Virus record (IMG/VR): IMGVR_UViG_3300037755_000280
Location: 1-60,196 of that record
DNA length: 60,196 bases
Origin: a virus
Taxonomy: Duplodnaviria > Caudoviricetes
Reading direction: 5' to 3' (one strand)
Numbering within the stretch: the stretch's first letter is position 1; each line of letters opens with the position of its first letter. Positions 36,826-45,958 of this stretch are shown here, one piece after another. The notes under the pieces are model-generated. The model had not been told where the DNA came from. It saw only the letters and a program-made list of their open reading frames with translations, and did not search any database. The position numbers and the translations under genes were made by a program.

Positions 36826-36983
36826 GACTTGTGCGTCCCGTCTATGTGGTTCCTGGCTGCCCTCTTGGCACCCTCACGGCTGCCCGACATGCCGGACATG
36901 TTGCAGACGTTGCCGTCCTCGTCGGTTTCCTTGCACTGCCAGATGAACGCCTCGGGGCCGCGTTGGCGGATCTTTGCCATCAT
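36822..36983 (-). CDS. small hypothetical protein
   Basis: AAGGAGGAG RBS; C..C..H..H residues. Confidence 0.55.
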   Translation of the reverse strand: MMAKIRQRGPEAFIWQCKETDEDGNVCNMSGMSGSREGAKRAARNHIDGTHKS

Positions 36984-37062
36984 CTCCTCCTTGATGTGGA
37001 TGGGTAGCATGTGGTGTGGTCGGGGAGCGTACGGGGGTGTACGCGCCCCGACCACCTGGCGT

Positions 37063-37242
37063 CTACCGATTCTTGACCTCGGACGGCGCGAACGAGTCGA
37101 TCTCCTCGACGGCGTCCGAGGACGGCGTCGGGTAGCGAACCTCGGGGTGGCCGCTGACCGGTACGCGCGTGACGATGCCGTTCACCCAGCGCCCGCTGAC
37201 CCAGACCTGGACCTCGTCGCCTCGCGTGTAGGGCGCGCTCAC
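37063..37242 (-). CDS. small SH3/Tudor-like hypothetical protein
   Basis: YTRGDEVQVWVSGRWVNGIV; GTGA overlap. Confidence 0.5.
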   Translation of the reverse strand: MSAPYTRGDEVQVWVSGRWVNGIVTRVPVSGHPEVRYPTPSSDAVEEIDSFAPSEVKNR

Positions 37243-37511
37243 ATGAAGTCCTTGAAGCGGTTCTTGAGGAGCTGCTCGTACTCCTCGTGCACCTGTTCCT
37301 GAGCCTCGATGGCGGTGGCGCCGTCCAGGATCAGGAGGCTGGCTCGCACGCCCTGGATTGCTCCGAGGCACGAGCCGAGCATGATCAGTCCCAGAAGCGC
37401 CGGGGGCCCCACCCCGATGGTCTTGACGATCACCTCCAGCTCGGCCTCCAGCTTGACGCGCTGGTTCTCGCTGGCTTGCAGGAGCTCGTTCATCTCCTGC
37501 CGGGCGCTCAC
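37239..37511 (-). CDS. hypothetical protein
   Basis: Overlapping start/stop codons. Confidence 0.55.
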   Translation of the reverse strand: MSARQEMNELLQASENQRVKLEAELEVIVKTIGVGPPALLGLIMLGSCLGAIQGVRASLLILDGATAIEAQEQVHEEYEQLLKNRFKDFM

Positions 37512-38485
37512 TGGCCCTGCTCGCGCAGCTTCTGGCCACGGGTGGAGAACGCCTCCTGGACGGTCCGGTGGCGGTTCCCACCGTCCTGGGCGTTGTACAT
37601 CTCGATGAGGCGGTTGACGTCGCCGGTGCGCTCGATGGCGGCCAGCAGTTCCTCGTCGGTCATTCGCGGCGCACGGCGCTCGGCCTCGTACATCATCTGG
37701 TCGGGGTCCGACTCGGTGGTGGGCAGCCGGAGGGTCTGGATCAACGCCGTGCGGTAGGCCACCGACATCGCCTTGGCGGTGGCCTTGTCACCGGAGTCGA
37801 ACGCCTCACCCGGGGCCTGGGCGAAGATGGTGTCGACGCCGTCGGTGAAGGCGTACTCCACCTGCACCTCGACGGTGTTCATCACGGCACCCTTGGCCGT
37901 GGAGGCGGTGCCTCGCTTCACGCTGAGAACCTTGCACGGGTAGGTGAACACGCCGTGGTCGTTCAGGGGGCCGTCCACGGCGTTGATGACCGCGTCGATG
38001 CCGCGGAAGTTCCATCCTTGTTGCATGTTGCGCTCGCCCTTGCCGACGGCGCCGATGGCCTGCTTCGCGGCGATCAGGCGTTCGATGAGAGTGGGCGGTG
38101 TGGTGGTCTTGTCTGGCATGTCTTCCTCTTCGTAGTGGTACTCGATGACGGTGAGCCCGACCTTGCGGGCTTCTCGGATGCAGTTCGCGGTGCCTGGCGA
38201 GCCGTCTCGGACGAACGCCAGGACCAGGTCGGTGGCGGGGTCGAGCGTGGCGACCATGGCCCGGTTGCGTGCGGGGCCGGCGCCATGCCCGGTCTGCCAG
38301 TTGGCGGGGTGCGGTTCCTGGACCAGGCCGTACTTGGCCGCGACGCGTGCGGCGTGCAGGTCCGCCCCTCGGGGGCACGCGCCGTGCACGATCACCACGT
38401 CCGAGCCATCCGCGTGGTCGCGGATGGCTTGCTCGACCACGTGCGGCTTGTCCCAGGCTCGGGCACCGGTGACCAGGAACCGCAC
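37508..38485 (-). CDS. erf: DUF2493/YspA-type SLOG domain in frame with ERF single-strand annealing protein (possible internal start at 38119)
   Basis: FLVTGARAW..VHGACPRGAD..AGPARNRAM..SPGTANC (SLOG); NFRGIDAVINA..GEAFDSGDKATAKAMSVAYRTAL (ERF); no stop between them. Confidence 0.85.
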   Translation of the reverse strand: MRFLVTGARAWDKPHVVEQAIRDHADGSDVVIVHGACPRGADLHAARVAAKYGLVQEPHPANWQTGHGAGPARNRAMVATLDPATDLVLAFVRDGSPGTANCIREARKVGLTVIEYHYEEEDMPDKTTTPPTLIERLIAAKQAIGAVGKGERNMQQGWNFRGIDAVINAVDGPLNDHGVFTYPCKVLSVKRGTASTAKGAVMNTVEVQVEYAFTDGVDTIFAQAPGEAFDSGDKATAKAMSVAYRTALIQTLRLPTTESDPDQMMYEAERRAPRMTDEELLAAIERTGDVNRLIEMYNAQDGGNRHRTVQEAFSTRGQKLREQGQ

Positions 38486-38487
38486 CG

Positions 38488-38583
38488 CTACAGGATCAGG
38501 TAGACGACGACGAACATCATCACGATGGCGATGATCACGCTGGCGATGATGGTGCCGGGGCCGTTGTTCAGGCCGTCGCTCAT
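38488..38583 (-). CDS. 31-aa single-TM protein
   Basis: MSDGLNNGPGTIIASVIIAIVMMFVVVYLIL; TGATG overlap. Confidence 0.55.
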   Translation of the reverse strand: MSDGLNNGPGTIIASVIIAIVMMFVVVYLIL

Positions 38584-39014
38584 CAGCCGTCGCCTTCAAG
38601 GTCTCCGGAGGTCTCGAAGTCGATGTCCGGCAAGACGGTCTCGGGCTTGACGATGATGCGGGTGTGGTACACGTCGACATCGATCGGGTCCAGTTGCACC
38701 GAGGAGTACAGGGCGTTGTCCCCGATCCCCGTGTGGTGCTTGCGGAAGTCGCCCTCCCCGTGCTTGCACACGGTGACCAGCTTCCGGGCCTCGGGTTCGA
38801 TGGAGCAGCGTCCTTCGGTCTCGAACACGACCTCGCCGGTGAACGGGTGGATGACGGTGATGCGCCGCTGGACCTCGAACTGCTCGGCCGCCTTGCTCAA
38901 GTTCTCGGACGCCATGTCGGCGTCGCTGGTACAGCCGGCGCTGGTGGCCAGGATGAGACCGGCGGTGGTGGCCCAGGTGCCGAGGGTGGTCAGTGCGGTG
39001 CGTGTGCGGTTCAT
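38583..39014 (-). CDS. lipoprotein
   Basis: Signal peptide with lipobox SAGC; ADMASENLSKAAEQFEVQRRI phage family motif. Confidence 0.8.
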   Translation of the reverse strand: MNRTRTALTTLGTWATTAGLILATSAGCTSDADMASENLSKAAEQFEVQRRITVIHPFTGEVVFETEGRCSIEPEARKLVTVCKHGEGDFRKHHTGIGDNALYSSVQLDPIDVDVYHTRIIVKPETVLPDIDFETSGDLEGDG

Positions 39015-39271
39015 GATTCCTCCTTGGATTGCAGTGGTGGTCTGCCGCCGTGGCCCCCGTACTCGATGCCCATCTCTGCTCGCACCTGTGCTCGGACCTG
39101 CTCGTACTCGGCGCGGTGGCGCTCGACGATGATCTTGGCGGCGGCGTAGTCGGATCGGCTGAGCAGGCGGTTGCGGGCTTGGCGGTCGGGGTGGGTGGCC
39201 CGGTACTCGCGCATGTAGGCGGCTCGTTGCGCGCGAGCGCGCTGGTCGTCGGTGGGCTCTTGTTCTGACAT
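39011..39271 (-). CDS. hypothetical basic helical protein
   Basis: GAGG RBS, overlap with the next gene. Confidence 0.55.
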   Translation of the reverse strand: MSEQEPTDDQRARAQRAAYMREYRATHPDRQARNRLLSRSDYAAAKIIVERHRAEYEQVRAQVRAEMGIEYGGHGGRPPLQSKEES

Positions 39272-39287
39272 GTGGTGTCCTCGGGTG

Positions 39288-39440
39288 TCATGCGCCGTAC
39301 CAGTAACGCCTGGCGGCATGCAGGTCGGCGATCAGTGCTCGCAGCTCGCGTGCGAGTTCTCGGGGGTCGGAGTCGATGAGTGCCTCTGCGGCCTCGACGA
39401 TGTTGGTCTCGATGATGTCCGGGTTCTCATACCCGTTCAT
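39288..39440 (-). CDS. small hypothetical protein
   Basis: GGAGGTAG RBS before ATG 39440. Confidence 0.55.
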   Translation of the reverse strand: MNGYENPDIIETNIVEAAEALIDSDPRELARELRALIADLHAARRYWYGA

Positions 39441-39491
39441 AACTACCTCCGCGGTAATTGTTCCATGGTCGTGCGTGTGCGGCAAACCGCG

Positions 39492-39605
39492 CTAGGCGGA
39501 CTTGATCTTGTTGCAGCGGGCGCACTGTTTGAACTGCTCGCCGCTGCTCGTGGTGTGCAGCACCCAGTCGTGCCCCTTCCAGGTGCACGCGATCGGACTG
39601 GCCAT
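39492..39605 (-). CDS. 37-aa Zn-ribbon-like protein (C...GHDW...CARC)
   Basis: AAGGAGGTGA RBS; not in ORF track. Confidence 0.55.
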   Translation of the reverse strand: MASPIACTWKGHDWVLHTTSSGEQFKQCARCNKIKSA

Positions 39606-39689
39606 GTTTCACCTCCTTGCGTGTACGGCCCGTGAAGGGCCTGGCAGGCTCCCGGACCGCCCCAGGTGCCGGGGAGCCCTGTACGGGCC

Positions 39690-40037
39690 TCAGCGGCGCA
39701 CCTGGGGCTTCTGGGCGGTGCGTGGGGCGATGACTTCGAAACGTCCGGCCTCGGTGAGCAGGACCCAGCCTCGCCAGGACCATAGCGGTTCGCGCGTGGT
39801 GTCCACGTCGGCGACGGCCGAGAGGATGAAGCCCTTCGACCGCGCCCACGCCGGCTGGTTGTGGCACGTGGCGTGGCAGTGGCGGCAGCCGAGGGCCAGG
39901 TTGGACAGCTCGTGACCGCCTTCCCGGCGCCGGACGCGGTGCATGATCTCGGTGGCAGGGGCCCCGCAGATGATGCACCGCCCGTCGTCCCGCTTGCGGA
40001 TGGCCTCGCGTGTGGCGGTGGGGATCTCGTTGCTCAC
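39690..40037 (-). CDS. HNH endonuclease
   Basis: RDDGRCIICG..EIMHR..GG...SNLALGCRHCH. Confidence 0.85.
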   Translation of the reverse strand: MSNEIPTATREAIRKRDDGRCIICGAPATEIMHRVRRREGGHELSNLALGCRHCHATCHNQPAWARSKGFILSAVADVDTTREPLWSWRGWVLLTEAGRFEVIAPRTAQKPQVRR

Positions 40038-41359
40038 GGTTCCTCCCTGTGCGGCTGGCCGAAGGTGGCGTTCTCCAGGCGGGAGAACTCCCCCCTGCGT
40101 ACCAGCCGGATGTTGACGGCGTGGGGTCCGTGCCGGTTCTTGGCCACGAACAGGCCGTAACCCTCCACCTCGGACTCGTACAGGAACATCACGACTCCGG
40201 CGTGCTGCTCGATCTCACCGGAGTCGCGCAGGTCGCCGAGGCCCGGGATCGCCGAGGCGCGCTGTTCGACCTGCCGGTTGAGCTGGGCCTGGAGGATGAC
40301 GGGGATGTCGAACTCCTTGGCCAGTGCCTTGAGCAGCCGCACCGATTCGGAGACGCGCTCGTAGGTGTTCATGTTCGGCCTCGATGCGGCGATGAGCCCG
40401 AGGTAGTCCACGATGAGGCCGGCGACCTTGCCCCGGCGTGCCACGGTGCGCACGTGGGAGCGGATCTGGTTGACGGTGACGCTGCCGCGGTCGTCGATGC
40501 TCAGCGGCATGTTGCGCACCTCGCTCGCGTGCTGCTCGATCATCATCGTGTCGATGTCCCGCATCTCCCCGCCCGAGCCGTCCAGGCGCCGGGTGTCGAC
40601 GCGGGCGATGTTCGCGGCCAGGCGCGTGAGGACCTGGCTGGTGGGCATCTCCAGGGAGTGCATGACCACCTGCCCGTACTCTGCCAGGTCGATCATGGCC
40701 TGGATGCCGAAGATGGACTTGCCCACCCCGGGACGGGCGCCGAGGACGTACAGCTCGCCGGGACGGTACCCCCCCAGGACGCCGTTCAGCTCGGGCCACA
40801 TGGTGGGGAACATGACCTGCTCGGTGCCGACCTGGGCCAGGAACTTGTCGAACGCGTCGGCCATGGACCACTCGTCCACGACGGCCCGGGAGGAGGCGTC
40901 CACGTCGGCTCGGGCGTTCTCCACGATCTCGGCCACGTCTGCCCCGGAGCGCGCCATCTGCGCGATCCGCATGGCCGCCTCCAGCAGCCTGCGGCGCACG
41001 GCCTGTTCACGGATGATGCGGGCGTGGGAAGTGGCCATGAACGAGCCCAGAGGCGCGTCGGCGTACAGGTCGTGGATGTCGACCGCGGTGACCTGGTGCA
41101 GTCCGTCGCGGTGGATGCGTGCGGTGACGTGCACCGGGTCGATGTGCTCGCCCTCGGCGCGCATCGTGGCCAGGAGCCGGTACAGCGCCCCGAGGCGCAG
41201 GTTACGGAAGTCCTGGTCGGACAGGTCGATGGCGTCCAGGATCTCGGGATCGTGCAGGGCGGTTCCCACGATGGCGTGCTCAGGGCTGGTGACGTCACCC
41301 ACGAGGCTGTACGCCGAGTCGGTGGGGTCGGGGTCCATGGAGTCGAGCTGGTCGTGCAC
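40034..41359 (-). CDS. dnaB: DnaB-like replicative helicase
   Basis: GARPGVGKS, SLEM, IVDYLGL, AQLNR, DLRDSGEIEQ, KNRHG. Confidence 0.95.
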   Translation of the reverse strand: MHDQLDSMDPDPTDSAYSLVGDVTSPEHAIVGTALHDPEILDAIDLSDQDFRNLRLGALYRLLATMRAEGEHIDPVHVTARIHRDGLHQVTAVDIHDLYADAPLGSFMATSHARIIREQAVRRRLLEAAMRIAQMARSGADVAEIVENARADVDASSRAVVDEWSMADAFDKFLAQVGTEQVMFPTMWPELNGVLGGYRPGELYVLGARPGVGKSIFGIQAMIDLAEYGQVVMHSLEMPTSQVLTRLAANIARVDTRRLDGSGGEMRDIDTMMIEQHASEVRNMPLSIDDRGSVTVNQIRSHVRTVARRGKVAGLIVDYLGLIAASRPNMNTYERVSESVRLLKALAKEFDIPVILQAQLNRQVEQRASAIPGLGDLRDSGEIEQHAGVVMFLYESEVEGYGLFVAKNRHGPHAVNIRLVRRGEFSRLENATFGQPHREEP

Positions 41360-41368
41360 GGGTGGCTC

Positions 41369-42214
41369 CTAGTCGGGCAGGCGGATGTCGTCTGGGGTCA
41401 GATACTTCACCGGCCTGGGCCTGGGCTGGGGCAGGTTCCCGAGGCGGTACTCCAGCCAGGGGTCGTTCTGGAGCCAGCGCATCGGGGAGCCGGCACCGTG
41501 GTCGGCCCACATCTGAGACTCCCGGTAGGCGTTCAGTGCGCGCCAGGCGTCGCGGCGTTCCTCGACGGTCAGGGACTGCCACAGGCGATGGCAGTCGGCC
41601 TTGCGTCCCTTGTAGGGCCCTGGAGGGTAGGCGGCCCAGAACTCCTGGAAGCCGTCCTTCGAGGGCGTGGTCGTGGAGGAGGTAGGAGGAGGAGTCTCGT
41701 CGTCTCGCCTATAAGAGGAAGGGCCTGCACTTTTTTGGGATGCTGCTGGGCTGCCACTTTCGTCCACCCCGGTCCCGTCATCCGGGGTTGAATCGTTATT
41801 GTGGGACGGGGAGCTACCACTTCCTTCCTCCTGCCCGGAAGAATCTGGAGGCTCGTCCGGCTGTCCGTCCTGGTCAGCCGGTTCTGGCAGGGCCGATTCG
41901 TCAGTGGCCTCGGTAACATGCTGGAAGGGATAGGCGTTACCGACGTACTCGGAGGCCACCTGTCCGCGCACCGGCTCGAACACCTCGATCACCTCGATCC
42001 AGCCCGCATCCCGCAGCGCATGCAGGTGCTTGCGGGCCGTCTTGGTGTTCATGCCCAGCCAGTCGGCCAGCCGCCCGATCGTGATGGTCTCGTGCCCGGC
42101 GACCTCGTCGATGACCGCGTAGATCGTCTTCGCCGCCGCCGGTACTGACGGGTCGCGCAATAGTTCTTTCGGTGTCCGGCCGTAGCGCGGAAGCCGGGAT
42201 CGTACGTTGCTCAC
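41369..42214 (-). CDS. replication initiator (N-terminal HTH)
   Basis: LLRDPSVPAAAKTIY..LADWLG..LRDAGWI; low-complexity linker; FQEFWAAYP; upstream of helicase. Confidence 0.8.
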   Translation of the reverse strand: MSNVRSRLPRYGRTPKELLRDPSVPAAAKTIYAVIDEVAGHETITIGRLADWLGMNTKTARKHLHALRDAGWIEVIEVFEPVRGQVASEYVGNAYPFQHVTEATDESALPEPADQDGQPDEPPDSSGQEEGSGSSPSHNNDSTPDDGTGVDESGSPAASQKSAGPSSYRRDDETPPPTSSTTTPSKDGFQEFWAAYPPGPYKGRKADCHRLWQSLTVEERRDAWRALNAYRESQMWADHGAGSPMRWLQNDPWLEYRLGNLPQPRPRPVKYLTPDDIRLPD

Positions 42215-42345
42215 TCATCTCCCATCCTTGGGAGCCAGCGGCCCATTGTCGGGTATCGTGTTGCCCGCAGATTGAGTACCGCTTAGCTCATCCTGGAGGA
42301 GGGCCCCGGCCACGGGGCCCTCCTTGTCACTGCATGGATCGAACT

Positions 42346-42531
42346 TTACGCCGACCCGGTACAGTCCCGGATCGTGTACAGCGTCGGCGCCGGCCCCAGG
42401 CACTCGTGCAGCTCATCCTGGCGGCGCAGCTCGTCAACGATGACGAGCCCCACGACCAGGCTGATGCCGATCAGCACCAGCCCGAGCAACAGCCTGTGAT
42501 CTTTCTGCGTCGTGCTCAGCGTCTTGCCCAT
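42346..42531 (-). CDS. small membrane protein
   Basis: GGAGG RBS; single TM helix. Confidence 0.55.
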   Translation of the reverse strand: MGKTLSTTQKDHRLLLGLVLIGISLVVGLVIVDELRRQDELHECLGPAPTLYTIRDCTGSA

Positions 42532-42660
42532 CAGTCCTCCTACCGGTTCCCTGATAGACTGCTCACGCCTTCGCGGCACGAGCATGATCTACCTCCATGA
42601 CTCGGATGTGACGGGGCCCCGCACGGTTTACACCTGGCCGTGCGGGGCCCTTTCTCTGTC

Positions 42661-43677
42661 TCAGCCCCTTCTGGCAGCCTCCCACGTCGCCGCCCACTCG
42701 GCAGCCCGAGCCTCCAGTGAGAGGGGCTGACACGCATCCGGGGTGCGCACCAGCCACGGCTCGATGCGCACCTTCTCCACAGCCCACCGGATCGCGGTCG
42801 CCCAGTCCAGCTCGGTGCCCCCGTGAGGCACGATCGAGATGGACGTGTGCTGGCTCAGGCGCATGTTCTCCTCCGTCCCGGACGCCGTCACCGCCAGCCC
42901 TCCACCGGACGCCTCCAGCGCCTTGAGCCAGCTCTTGGACCGGTTGAACGCCGTGTCCGCCAGCGGCACCAGCATGACGTCGATCCGCTCGCGCAGCTCC
43001 TGGTGGTAGTGCCGGATCGGCACCCAGTCCAGCGCCTCGATTCGGGATTCCGGAATGCCGAGCACCGGAGCGATCCGGTAAGCCGGCTCACCGATCACCG
43101 CGAACTGCACGTCAGGGTCGGCCGCCAGCACCCGTGCGACCGCATCACCCATGACCTCCAGGTCCCCCGGGTGGGTGGCCAGCGAACCGGTCCAGCCGAT
43201 CCGCACCACCTCCCGCGGACCAGGAGCCTCCTGGACGCGTCCGATACCTGGCAGCGCGTTGCGCAGCACCACACCGTGGTCGCCCCCGTACCGGCGCGCG
43301 AGCATGTCAGTGCTCGCCGTGACCACGTCGGCGATATCGCAAGCCACGTCCACGAGCTGGTAGCGCCGCATCCCCCCGACGACCTCGTTGTGGTAGCTCC
43401 ACGCCCGGTTACGCCGATCGACCCGCCACAGCGCGTCGTCCACGTCGTGCACGAGCCCGATCCCCATGGCCCGCGCCTTGATCAGCTCCTTGATCTGCTT
43501 CGGTTCACTCATCCGCTGCACCACGACCACGTCATACCCGGTCGCATCGGTCAGCGGATGCTTCTTGTCGTGGATGCTCACGTCCCACCCGGTCAGCTTG
43601 CGCACGGCCTGCGCCGGCCAGATCAGCCGGTAGTACCCGACTCCACCCATGTCGGACGGCACGACACCGATCTTCAT
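42661..43677 (-). CDS. glycosyltransferase (GT-B, GT4-like)
   Basis: GVGYYRL, DVDDALW, IGWTGS..H..DL, PLADTAFNRSKSWLKALE. Confidence 0.85.
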   Translation of the reverse strand: MKIGVVPSDMGGVGYYRLIWPAQAVRKLTGWDVSIHDKKHPLTDATGYDVVVVQRMSEPKQIKELIKARAMGIGLVHDVDDALWRVDRRNRAWSYHNEVVGGMRRYQLVDVACDIADVVTASTDMLARRYGGDHGVVLRNALPGIGRVQEAPGPREVVRIGWTGSLATHPGDLEVMGDAVARVLAADPDVQFAVIGEPAYRIAPVLGIPESRIEALDWVPIRHYHQELRERIDVMLVPLADTAFNRSKSWLKALEASGGGLAVTASGTEENMRLSQHTSISIVPHGGTELDWATAIRWAVEKVRIEPWLVRTPDACQPLSLEARAAEWAATWEAARRG

Positions 43678-43955
43678 GCCCGGCGCCTCAGCCACTCGTC
43701 CAGGGCGTCCAGGATGGGTCCGTCCAGTTCGATGCTGATGACCCGGTCGACCACCGCCCTCTCATCGACCGTGTCCCACGCAAGCGGCGTGGGCTCGGCG
43801 ACGTAGACACGCTCCTGCATGCGCAGCCCGCGGGCGCCGGTGGACGGGTCCACCGCCAGCGTGAGGGTCAGGTTCGAGCGCATCGACCCCTGCTGCACGA
43901 TCTGCCGCACGGTCAGGTTCTCGCCGTCCGGATCGATCTGCTGTTCGTTGATCAC
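43674..43955 (-). CDS. hypothetical protein
   Basis: Overlapping start/stop codons. Confidence 0.55.
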   Translation of the reverse strand: MINEQQIDPDGENLTVRQIVQQGSMRSNLTLTLAVDPSTGARGLRMQERVYVAEPTPLAWDTVDERAVVDRVISIELDGPILDALDEWLRRRA

Positions 43956-44317
43956 GCGCCCTCCTCATCGACCATGGGCACCATCTCGCCGTCGACCGAC
44001 ACCACGGCATCCTTCTCGGCGATGATCACCACGACCTTCACCGAGCCGGCTTCCTGACCGGCGACGGCCAGCTCACCCATGACCGCGGAGAACCGGCGCT
44101 TGCCGAACACCACCGCACTGGCCAGGGCAGTGGTGATCAGGTGCCCCCACTCCCGTGTCGCGCACAGATCCTGCAAGTCTGCGACGAGCGCCGCCCTGCA
44201 CGTCTCCTCACCGGCCTCGGCCGTGGCCTGCATGACCGCCTCGAAGTCCGCGCCGCTGGGGCTGGCGACGCGCGACATCTCCATGATCGCCTCGTGGAAC
44301 GGGTTGTTCTCCATCAC
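43952..44317 (-). CDS. hypothetical protein, paralog of 44314-44685
   Basis: Shared FH.A..VM.A..EAG..T.EW..A..FG..F.A..E.D.V..V.G pattern. Confidence 0.65.
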   Translation of the reverse strand: MMENNPFHEAIMEMSRVASPSGADFEAVMQATAEAGEETCRAALVADLQDLCATREWGHLITTALASAVVFGKRRFSAVMGELAVAGQEAGSVKVVVIIAEKDAVVSVDGEMVPMVDEEGA

Positions 44318-44685
44318 TGGTCTCCAGTCTGCTTGGTGACGATCGTGCCGAGGTGGTCGCCCTCCATGCCGGGCTCGATGGTGTGACCGGCCACCGTGAT
44401 GACGGAGTCCGGCTCGGTGAACACGATCACGGCGCGCAGCTTGCCGTGCAGGGTCGCCGTCGCGGCTGTGAACGGCAGGTCACCGAACGCCGCCGCCTCG
44501 GTCAGCATGTGGTTGGTCACGGTCGACCACTCCTGCGTGCGGAGCAGGCCGGTGAGCGCCCCGCCGCTACGATCCCGCGCGGAATCCCGCCCGGCCTCGC
44601 GCACGGCGCGCATGACCTCATCGAGACCCTCCTGGTCCTGGTCGGCCAGGGCCCGCAGCGCCTGGTGGAACTTCTCGGTCGTCAT
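44314..44685 (-). CDS. hypothetical protein, paralog of 43952-44317
   Basis: GGGAG RBS; ATGA overlap. Confidence 0.65.
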   Translation of the reverse strand: MTTEKFHQALRALADQDQEGLDEVMRAVREAGRDSARDRSGGALTGLLRTQEWSTVTNHMLTEAAAFGDLPFTAATATLHGKLRAVIVFTEPDSVITVAGHTIEPGMEGDHLGTIVTKQTGDQ

Positions 44686-45332
44686 CGCGTCTCCCTCGGG
44701 TAGATCTTCGCCGCCGTCGCAGGGCGCCCTGATGTGTTCTTGCCGTGGTGGTGCCAGATCCACGTGCGCTCCGGCAGGTGGGAGAACTTCGCGCCTGCCG
44801 CCAGAAGCCGCTTCCACAGCCCCCAGTCCTCCCCGTCCTTGAGCGGCCACTCTTCCGTACCAGGCACGGGGAAGCCCCCCACCTGGTCGAACAACTCAGC
44901 CCGCACCAGCGCCGTGACAGGGATGTAGTTGCCCCGGCGCAACGCCTCAGCATCGAACGGCTGCCCGAACACCGGCTTGCCGTGCAGGCGCAGCGGGTCC
45001 AGGTCGTTACGGATCTTGCCCATCCGGTCCAGATCGAACCACGGGTAGACGACATCCGCTCCCGTAGCCTCGGCGTGGTCCAGACACTTGCGCAGGTGCC
45101 CCGGGTGGAATTCGTCGTCGTCGTCCAGGAACGCCAGCCACGCGGGCGCCTGCCCGTGCTTGCTCGAATCCACGACCGCCCGGTTGCGCACCGCCGCCGG
45201 CCCCTCACCGTGGTGGTCGACCTCCAGCCACACCGAATGGCTCACGTCCGGATCACGGACCGAGTCCAGGGCGCGTCCGACCATGTGCCCGCGCCCCGCA
45301 ATGGTGGGAACGATGACCCTCACGGACGTCAT
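44682..45332 (-). CDS. glycosyltransferase family 2
   Basis: VIVPT, RALDSV, AAVRN, AFLDDDD, VGGF, EDWGLW. Confidence 0.9.
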   Translation of the reverse strand: MTSVRVIVPTIAGRGHMVGRALDSVRDPDVSHSVWLEVDHHGEGPAAVRNRAVVDSSKHGQAPAWLAFLDDDDEFHPGHLRKCLDHAEATGADVVYPWFDLDRMGKIRNDLDPLRLHGKPVFGQPFDAEALRRGNYIPVTALVRAELFDQVGGFPVPGTEEWPLKDGEDWGLWKRLLAAGAKFSHLPERTWIWHHHGKNTSGRPATAAKIYPRETR

Positions 45333-45334
45333 CG

Positions 45335-45958
45335 TCACCACGACCTGGAGAAGAACGTGACCCCGCGCGGCGTGGCCAGCGACACCCCGGAGAAGTCGTA
45401 CTCTCGCGCCACCGCCCACATGCTCGACGAGAACTTCGGGTACTTGCCCAGCGCCGGCCACGCGCAGTCGTGCACAGCGATCACGCCGCCGGTAGCCAGC
45501 AGCGGTACCGCGAGGACGAACTCCTGCGGCCGGTTCTCGAACGTGGAGTCCAGCAGCACGAACCCCACCTGACCGGCGTGCGTGTGAGCCAGTTCAGCGA
45601 GCCCCTCCAGGCTGGAACGCTCCATGACACTCACCGGCAGCCCCTCGACCCGCTTGCGGGCGTAGTCCACCCGTACCGGGTCGGTCTCGTACGTGATGAG
45701 CTGCCCGTACCCGGCGTGCTTCATGGCCGCACCGATCCCGTGCGCCGACTGACCGAACGCCGTGCCGGTCTCCACCGCCCAGTCCGTGCGCTGCGCCTGC
45801 GTGAACGCTCCGAACAGGACCGAGACCTCGATCTCGGTCGAGTCCGTGTCCGTCGAGTGCCACCGCTGCGGGTGCGGGCACCACGTGGTCGGCGGGGACC
45901 ACTCCGACTCCGGCTTGATCTCGCCGAAGTCGACGTCCTCGTGCTGGTCCAGCTTCAT
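45335..45958 (-). CDS. class I SAM-dependent methyltransferase
   Basis: VETGTAFGQS, TYETD, LLDS, GGVIAVHD. Confidence 0.85.
   Translation of the reverse strand: MKLDQHEDVDFGEIKPESEWSPPTTWCPHPQRWHSTDTDSTEIEVSVLFGAFTQAQRTDWAVETGTAFGQSAHGIGAAMKHAGYGQLITYETDPVRVDYARKRVEGLPVSVMERSSLEGLAELAHTHAGQVGFVLLDSTFENRPQEFVLAVPLLATGGVIAVHDCAWPALGKYPKFSSSMWAVAREYDFSGVSLATPRGVTFFSRSW

Noticed and set aside
6690-41791. Long antisense ORFs such as 6690-8102, 11165-12922, 12948-14603, 31710-33527 and 40010-41791
   Set aside because: These are shadow frames expected opposite real genes in high-GC DNA, with no motifs or RBS
41690-41830. Replication origin inside the initiator gene
   Set aside because: Somewhat AT-rich, but I could not find convincing iterons, so it is not supportable
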